From positions 2,916-66,915 of the IMG/VR virus record IMGVR_UViG_3300026118_000005: 64,000 nucleotides of DNA. One strand, 5' to 3'. A model generated the notes under the pieces. It worked only from the letters and a program-made list of their open reading frames with translations, did not search any database and had not been told where the DNA came from. How positions within the stretch are numbered: position 1 is the stretch's first letter; the number at the start of each line of letters is the position of its first letter. The position numbers and the translations under genes were made by a program. This DNA comes from a virus. Of the stretch, positions 57,467 to 64,000 are shown one piece after another.

Positions 57467-57968
57467 TCGCGTTGTGCAGCGCCACGGTTGACGAGTAGAG
57501 CGCCGTCCTGCTGGAATAGTCCATCGTTACCGTTCTCAGCGCCTCTGCCAAATGCTCTTTGCAGGCACAGCCAAACGACGGAACCTTTTTGCGCCACTCC
57601 ATGAACCATCTCTCGGCGGAAGCCATCTGCGTAGGCGTAGGTTCATCGAAGTAGTTCTGGGCGTACTCGTGAAGCTCCTTCCACAAGGCACGCCCGATCT
57701 TCACCAACTCGGGCAATGGCCCCTCGGCTTCGTCGTGGCACGGAATCTCGGGATGCTGGCGGCAAACCCCATCCCAGACGCGCTCTTGCCAGCCGTGCGC
57801 TAGATCGTGGGAAGCACCCTCTGCGTTGGCTGCTGAACGAGCCTGGAAGACTGCGCGGATGAGAGAGTTTGGATGCGTCTCGGCAAACGGGTGATTCAAC
57901 AATTCGTCGTGAAACTGCCAGCCTTTGGGGCCTGGAACGTAGATGAAATTATCAGGAACTAGGGGCAT
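57405..57968 (-). CDS. Erv1/Alr-like FAD sulfhydryl oxidase domain protein
   Basis: GRALWKELH, GCACKEH, SRTALY..VALHNAINRILGK match the Erv signature G..W..LH / CxxC..H / HN.VN..LGK. Confidence 0.7.
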   Translation of the reverse strand: MPLVPDNFIYVPGPKGWQFHDELLNHPFAETHPNSLIRAVFQARSAANAEGASHDLAHGWQERVWDGVCRQHPEIPCHDEAEGPLPELVKIGRALWKELHEYAQNYFDEPTPTQMASAERWFMEWRKKVPSFGCACKEHLAEALRTVTMDYSSRTALYSSTVALHNAINRILGKAQWVPPLEGAPKE

Positions 57969-60900
57969 CAGTGAAGGCGCATGGCTTGTTTGGCTTGTTT
58001 CGTGGCATCGGCGGCAACTTTAGAAAGAAGGTGCTCCGCCTCTTCGCTCGGCAAGGTCTGCAAGTCGCGCATGGAACGGCGCAGGGATTGTTTAATAAAC
58101 TGTCCGCGCCTTATTACGTAGTCCTTCCAAAGCGAATCACTGATGATCCCGTTTTTCGACTCTAGAGCACGGCGGCTAGGAGGATCTGGAGCCATTCCAC
58201 GCTTGGTCAAAACGCTGTAAAGCATAGCGTCTTTGCTGTCTGGATCAACGGCAACGTAAAGCGGTAGACCAGCGAACCAAGCGCGATCAGATGCTTTCGT
58301 GAGCAAATCTTGAGGTTCTTGGCCGATAGGATCGCCTAGACCATTCAAGGCTCGATCTCCAGAAAACGGGGCGACGGCAGGAAGCTGCGCCATCACCGCA
58401 GAGCGCAAACTGGATTGATCTTGGGGGCCCGAAATTGCTCTGCCGAGACTCTTGAGGAGTCCCGAGAAAGGCACCAGAGGTGCAGAGGAGTAAGTCACAT
58501 TCGACGCTAAGTTTTGCTCTGTCATAGGAGCAGCCGCCGCAGCGGAATTACGAAGGCCGAAAAACTGCGCCTGCTGTTTGAGGCTTTGCAATGCGGTCTG
58601 CATGTATGCGCCAGCCCACTCAGCGTCCTTTTCGCTATGCAACTTGCCATTTAACTTCATGTCGTTCAAAGTTCCGAGCAGAAGCGCTGGAATTTTCCAA
58701 CTTTCAAAACCTCCCCGCGCCCAAGGTAGCGCAGCGATAACTTTGCCATCCGATCCACGGTATTCGATAGCGCCAATGTGATGCCCTTGTTTTGCCCACG
58801 CGTCACGCTCACCTTTGCCTTGCGGCCCTGCACCTGTGATATCGAATCCAGCGCCATCCTTGTCCTTTGAAGCCAGCAACGCGCCTAGGATGGTCAACCC
58901 GATGGTTCCAGCAACGCCCTCGATCATGCGTTGGCGAACGCTGTAATCGGTGCCTAGGGATTCCGTGTAGAGCTTGCGAGGCTCGAGGCGCTTGGCGTCC
59001 ATGGAATGCGCCAGGATGCGCGCTAGGCCCACGGGAGTGAAGGCAAAAGAGCGGTTGAGCAGATTGGCCGGCACGGCTACGAACCCCGTCAACATCCGGC
59101 CCAACAATGGCCAGTCTTTGCGCGAGGCTTGAGCCGCACCTTTCACGGTCTCGGCCAGGAAGTTCGGGAGATCGAACCAGTGACCCTTCTCGCCCTTCCA
59201 GTTTCCAAGCTCGTAATCGGCTTCAAGAGTCGTGTGTTTTAGCAACTTCTCGCCTGCGCCGGGAACGTACTCTTCCAGCGTGTCGCGAATAAATTGGTTG
59301 CTAGCGTCGTGAGCGATCAACCGCGCTTCGTCAGGTTTGTATTCGCCTACCTTCTCTGCGTAAACCTTCTGGCCTATCATGTCGGCCTCGTGCATGAGGG
59401 TTGCAGCCTCCTTCACGCTCATGCCAGCCTTGGAAACAAGTTCCCGCATGGCCACTTCATGCGTCAAGAATCGCTGAATCACCGTGTTATGCGCTTGGTC
59501 CATCGCGGACAAGATGCGTCGCACCATGTCGGTCGAGGACCATGTTGCCGTCATCGCGGCCTTGGCCTTGGCGAGAGGCTTAGCGTTCGGATCACGCAAC
59601 GTCTCCATCGCATCGGAGAACGACTTGTGAAGGTTCCCAATGTTGGATAGTTCTCGAACCTGTTTGGAAGCAAAGGCGTCATTGCGTGCCGACACTTTGA
59701 ATTCATCGACAAACCGTTTGTAAGCCTCAAAGAAGTTCGAAACGGTGTGCTTCATCAGCCCAGCGGCTTGACCCATCGTGAGCTTTCCGGTCGCCACATC
59801 GGCCAAGAGTCCAGCGTTCGCCACGCCAAGCCGGGAGATCATGCCGAACACGGGAGCCGTGGCATTTTGCCCAAACGTCGAAGTGCTGGAAAGTGCGCTG
59901 TTCGTCCACGACTTCACCAAGATCTCACGCATGGACTTGGGAATCTGTGCGTGCTCAAGGATGCGCTCCATTTTGGAGATCGCCAGCAGCCTTTCGTGCG
60001 GAGAAGGCGACTGCATCTTTTCGTCCAGCGCAGCAAGTTCCCGCCACTTCTCAGGGGACAGCTTGCGGAATCCAGACGCTTCGGCCAACGCTTCGAGAAC
60101 GCCCGTCGGCTCTGCGCCCGCGACCTGTGCAGGGTCTAGGTAGGAACGAATCGCCTTCTCGACACTGGCGAGCGTGGCCTTGTTGAGATCCAGACCTTCG
60201 GCAGCTTTGCGGAACGCCTTCACGTTTGCTTCCGTCCAGTGCCTTTCCAGCCGGGAGCCGATCCAGTCCACGTAAGCCTTCGCCTGCGAGTCGGTGAGCC
60301 CCCATTCCTTGGCCGCATCTATAGCCACTTGGCGGCGCATCGCAGGGTCCTGCTGCTGGGATTTCGCGAGCCGGAATTGTGCGGCGATAATGCCCTTGTC
60401 GAGGCTTGACCGTTCGACTTGGCGGAAGATTCGATCCGTTTGGGTTGCGGAGAGGGTCTGGCTTTTGCGATAGAGGCGATCCAGCAGCGTCCGGGCATCT
60501 GCCGGGGGCACTTTCAACGCTTCGAACTGCGGAAGATACGTCTTCACGAATGTATCGCGATCCATGCCAGGATTGATGTCCTTCACCGCCTCATTTGCCA
60601 GCTTGCGAATCTCGTTCTCTTTCTTCTCCGTGTTCAGCCACTCGGTTTGCGACTTGTCGATGGAGTCGATAATGTCCTTCGTGACTGCCGTCGCTTTTGC
60701 GGTCTTGTATTCGTCGCTGTTGATTCGCTTCTCGCGGGCTTCATCCCGTGCAAGCTTGCGTGCTGCGTTCGCTTTGTGCGTCTCGTGCGCCTCATCGAAA
60801 ACTCGCGATGCCAGCTTGTCGGAGACGCCCAGCTTGCGCATCTTCTCGGTAAACGCGTCCAATGGCTCTGGCTTCTTCGCCTGGGCCTCGTACGCCTCTT

Positions 60901-63900
60901 GAATGGCGCTCTTGGTGCGTTGCTGCGCTCCCTTCTCCCGACGCGCCTTGAGCCGGTCTACGAGCCTTTGAGCTTCTTCGTCTCCGCGCGTGGCGTCCTT
61001 GATGTCCTTGACGTTGACGCGGGCCTTGTTGCCAGTCGCGTCCTCCAAAGCGTCCAACTTACGAAGGGAATCTCTCAACTCAGCCTGAACCTTCTTGATC
61101 TCCGTGCGGATCTCTTCGACGGACATATCCCCGCCTTCGGTCGCTGCATAGCGCTTCTTGCCTTTTGGCTCCTTTGGGAGCTTGGCCTGCAATTCCTCCA
61201 GGCGTGCCACTTGCCCCTTCAAATCCTTCGTTAATGCACTTTGCTGGGAGGCGATCTCCGGCTCAACGCCTTTCTTCCATCCTTGAGCGACGGTGTGTTC
61301 TTCCTGCTGTTTCGCCAACTCCTCGGCTGGCGCTTCAAGGATCGCGCTTGCGGCCCTTTGGCCCGATGGCGTCTCTGCCTCCTGGGCGATTCGCTCTTCG
61401 ACTTCCCGGCGCACGTCTCGGGAGTTCTGCGATGCTTCGAGATTGGCAGCCTTTTCCTTTCCCTTGGCGGTTTTCGCTGCGGCCTCGGCTTTAGAGGCCT
61501 GGATTTGACGGTAAGTGTCCTCGAATCCCTCCTGATTCATGACCCACTTGCGAGCCTGGAGGATTCGGCCAGCGGCCCCGAGAGATGCGAATGTGCCAAC
61601 GCGCACATGATTTGCCATGTCGTGAGTCAAACGAACTAGCGAGAAATCCCCGGTCTTGTGGAAGTTCCGAACGGCGTATTGCATCAGCGCCGATTGCAGC
61701 ATCACGCCCCCGGCTTCGTAAGTGGGGAATGCATCGCCTGCATCCAGTTGAGTACGCGCTAGCATGTTCACGAACTCGTGACCGTAGGATTGGTTGCCAA
61801 TCATTTTGTTGACAACCTTGCGAATTTCCTTGGTGTTTTCTGGGGTAACTGGCGGCAATCGACCATCTCCGGCCGTATCCGAACCCGTGACATCAGCAAG
61901 GAAATCGGTCACGTGGTTATAAAGTTTACTCGCGGACTGACGTGCCTTCGCCGTCTCCGAAGGACCGCCGAAAACCTGCTCAACTTCGCGCGGGTTGTCC
62001 TCGAAGAACTTCTCCGCGTTTGTCTGCCATTCATCATAGGTTGTTCCCCCGGTCCCCGAAATCCCAGGGCGGTGCTTCTCGCCTTCGTGTCCCGCCTCGG
62101 GATCGCGCGTGGTTCCCTTGAGGGGCGCACGGGATGTCTGGGCGTAACGGCGCAGCTCGGGATAATCATGCCCGCGCCGCCGCTCGATCATGTCGTCAAT
62201 CCGCTCGTCCAAAGCCTCGGGGGTCTCGAAGGGATTCTTGAGCAATTCCCGCATGTGATCCTTCACCCCATCGCGAATTTCTGGACGTAGGCCCCTCTGC
62301 CATTCCCCAGGCTCGGTCAAAGATCTCCAGTCCAAGGGTCCGGCTGGCTTGGAGGGAAAGGGGGATGTGCGGACGTCCCGATCCCATGCCAACATATCTG
62401 CAAAGATACTGGCGTAAAGATCCTTCCGCTCTTGGGACACTTCCCGAAGAGAAGAGAAATCCGCTTCTCCTGGGAGGACCATAGCACTGCCTACCGCCAA
62501 AGCCTGCAACCGAGAACGCCACTTCCGGAGACGAGAAAGCTCATGCACCTGCTCGGGAGGAAGTTCCCCCGCCTGCTCTGCTTGCTCCAGTTGCGCCAGT
62601 CGCATGGACTTGGCTTCATCTTCGTCATGGAGGCGTTGGATCTCGCGGGCTTCGCGATCCTTCGCGATCCGCATTCCCTGCAACTGGCCGCTCGTTTCCT
62701 CCTCGATCTTGCGAATGGAATCCTCGATCTTGCCGAACGCTTCCTTGAGTGAGTTGCCGTAGTCGCCTTTCGCTGCCTTGCGTGCAAATTCCTTTAGCTG
62801 GTTCGTCTCTTCGCCAGACAACTTCCATTCGGACATCGTGCCGTTGGCGTGGAGGTTCGCAGCTTCGTAGAGAAGGGCGTTGAAAACCTTGCGAGCTTCA
62901 ACATCGGATGGCTTGCTAGTTGAGCGGCGCAACGCCAGTGTGATCTTTCGAAGAATCTCCCCGCGATCTTTAGCCGAAAGCTCCTCGCCATGGAGAGCAT
63001 GGAGAGCGGCTTTGATTGCTGCTTTCGCGGCTGGATCATTTTGGCGGTACGAGCTGGAAATGGCTGTGTAAGCCGCTGTCTTAGCCGCTTCGTCAATGGC
63101 GTTGGATGCTGCCAATTGCCCACGCATCCTTGCAATGAATGCGTCCTGATCTACAGGAGACATCTCTTCAAATGCCTCGTGGAGATTTGGCGACACGGAA
63201 AGGGTTAGCTTGCCGTCGGTGTCTCGGTCGATGGTGTAGAGTCGGTCACCGTCGGAGAGTTCTTTGACTTCCGCTCCTGCACCTTTTCCCATGCCTTCCA
63301 CAAGGCGTTTGAAGCTCCTGCGGGCGTTAACTTCATCCGGTGCCAGAATTTCTGCACCGCTTCGCTTTCTTGATTCGGCTTGTCGCTCATTGAATTCCCT
63401 TTCGTTGGTTCGGATTGCTTCGCGGACACGTCCCCAGAACCGCATGAGTTCCGTGTCTGTCGGGTCAGTTTTGCCCGTGATTTTCTGCCAAAGTTTTTTC
63501 AGCCACGCTACGAACTTGCCGCCCAAGGAATCGGGAGGAAGTTTCGATCCTTCCTTGATTTGTGCCGCAACCCATTCCTCTTCCGCAAGTGCTCGTTGTG
63601 CATCGTTCGTTCGCCAGTCCTTGAGGCTGTACAAATCGGCGATGGCGTCGAGTTCGAACTCCGGTATTTGCTTCACCAATCCCTCGTATTCCTTCCAAAG
63701 CTCAGGATGCGCTGCCTTGATTAGGTCTTTGCCCTTGTGGAATAACTCATGGGACATCCACTGATAAGCCGCTTCCTTAGCCGATTGACCGGGGAGGCGT
63801 TTCATGTTCGCGGCAATCGTGTGAATGATGCCGTGCTCCGTGTAAACGGCTGCTCGACTGTCACCCATCGAATCCGCAAGACGGTCGAAATAATCATGCA

Positions 63901-64000
63901 CACGTTGTTCCCCCGAGTGCATACGCCCGTAATTCCGCATCGCTTCCGCATCCTTGTGGACAACCACGGTTCCGGGCGTGAGGCCATATTCACGCTCAAT
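57968..64000 (-). CDS. Giant internal virion/ejection (polyvalent-type) protein, 5' end beyond window
   Basis: Frame stays open to base 64000 (at least 2010 codons); helical, A/K/E-rich; HELFH HExxH motif near the window end. Confidence 0.8.
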   Translation of the reverse strand: MEREYGLTPGTVVVHKDAEAMRNYGRMHSGEQRVHDYFDRLADSMGDSRAAVYTEHGIIHTIAANMKRLPGQSAKEAAYQWMSHELFHKGKDLIKAAHPELWKEYEGLVKQIPEFELDAIADLYSLKDWRTNDAQRALAEEEWVAAQIKEGSKLPPDSLGGKFVAWLKKLWQKITGKTDPTDTELMRFWGRVREAIRTNEREFNERQAESRKRSGAEILAPDEVNARRSFKRLVEGMGKGAGAEVKELSDGDRLYTIDRDTDGKLTLSVSPNLHEAFEEMSPVDQDAFIARMRGQLAASNAIDEAAKTAAYTAISSSYRQNDPAAKAAIKAALHALHGEELSAKDRGEILRKITLALRRSTSKPSDVEARKVFNALLYEAANLHANGTMSEWKLSGEETNQLKEFARKAAKGDYGNSLKEAFGKIEDSIRKIEEETSGQLQGMRIAKDREAREIQRLHDEDEAKSMRLAQLEQAEQAGELPPEQVHELSRLRKWRSRLQALAVGSAMVLPGEADFSSLREVSQERKDLYASIFADMLAWDRDVRTSPFPSKPAGPLDWRSLTEPGEWQRGLRPEIRDGVKDHMRELLKNPFETPEALDERIDDMIERRRGHDYPELRRYAQTSRAPLKGTTRDPEAGHEGEKHRPGISGTGGTTYDEWQTNAEKFFEDNPREVEQVFGGPSETAKARQSASKLYNHVTDFLADVTGSDTAGDGRLPPVTPENTKEIRKVVNKMIGNQSYGHEFVNMLARTQLDAGDAFPTYEAGGVMLQSALMQYAVRNFHKTGDFSLVRLTHDMANHVRVGTFASLGAAGRILQARKWVMNQEGFEDTYRQIQASKAEAAAKTAKGKEKAANLEASQNSRDVRREVEERIAQEAETPSGQRAASAILEAPAEELAKQQEEHTVAQGWKKGVEPEIASQQSALTKDLKGQVARLEELQAKLPKEPKGKKRYAATEGGDMSVEEIRTEIKKVQAELRDSLRKLDALEDATGNKARVNVKDIKDATRGDEEAQRLVDRLKARREKGAQQRTKSAIQEAYEAQAKKPEPLDAFTEKMRKLGVSDKLASRVFDEAHETHKANAARKLARDEAREKRINSDEYKTAKATAVTKDIIDSIDKSQTEWLNTEKKENEIRKLANEAVKDINPGMDRDTFVKTYLPQFEALKVPPADARTLLDRLYRKSQTLSATQTDRIFRQVERSSLDKGIIAAQFRLAKSQQQDPAMRRQVAIDAAKEWGLTDSQAKAYVDWIGSRLERHWTEANVKAFRKAAEGLDLNKATLASVEKAIRSYLDPAQVAGAEPTGVLEALAEASGFRKLSPEKWRELAALDEKMQSPSPHERLLAISKMERILEHAQIPKSMREILVKSWTNSALSSTSTFGQNATAPVFGMISRLGVANAGLLADVATGKLTMGQAAGLMKHTVSNFFEAYKRFVDEFKVSARNDAFASKQVRELSNIGNLHKSFSDAMETLRDPNAKPLAKAKAAMTATWSSTDMVRRILSAMDQAHNTVIQRFLTHEVAMRELVSKAGMSVKEAATLMHEADMIGQKVYAEKVGEYKPDEARLIAHDASNQFIRDTLEEYVPGAGEKLLKHTTLEADYELGNWKGEKGHWFDLPNFLAETVKGAAQASRKDWPLLGRMLTGFVAVPANLLNRSFAFTPVGLARILAHSMDAKRLEPRKLYTESLGTDYSVRQRMIEGVAGTIGLTILGALLASKDKDGAGFDITGAGPQGKGERDAWAKQGHHIGAIEYRGSDGKVIAALPWARGGFESWKIPALLLGTLNDMKLNGKLHSEKDAEWAGAYMQTALQSLKQQAQFFGLRNSAAAAAPMTEQNLASNVTYSSAPLVPFSGLLKSLGRAISGPQDQSSLRSAVMAQLPAVAPFSGDRALNGLGDPIGQEPQDLLTKASDRAWFAGLPLYVAVDPDSKDAMLYSVLTKRGMAPDPPSRRALESKNGIISDSLWKDYVIRRGQFIKQSLRRSMRDLQTLPSEEAEHLLSKVAADATKQAKQAMRLH

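Overview
This window is most of a tailed dsDNA bacteriophage genome (podovirus-like gene order; no integrase or DNA polymerase seen). Weak Shine-Dalgarno signals and many apparently leaderless genes suggest a PVC-group host, which is inference only. The minus strand carries a virion module: terminase large subunit, portal, scaffold, major capsid protein, tail, fibre and lysis genes, and very large ejection-type proteins running off both ends of the window. A glycosyltransferase/methyltransferase cluster, an RNA ligase, GroES and a papain-like protease sit between terminase and portal. A replication/recombination module follows (initiator with iterons, DnaB, SSB, RecE-like nuclease, AAA ATPase, RuvC-like resolvase). 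The stand-out locus is at 4.39-5.99 kb. There a solitary RAMP/Cas7-like gene and two small genes are each preceded by a non-coding, phased pentamer array of the form C(T/G)(T/C)-NN (constant triplet, variable dinucleotide), all behind one sigma70-type promoter. This is a candidate compact RNA-guided system with a discontinuous guide code and no canonical CRISPR array. Other notable items are two promoter-driven clusters of tRNA-mimicking RNAs in long closing stems (3.3-4.0 kb and 55.6-56.3 kb), a twin-arginine mini-protein carrying a copy of a capsid segment, an Erv1/Alr-like sulfhydryl oxidase and an orphan HigA. All calls were made by eye from motifs; no database search was run.
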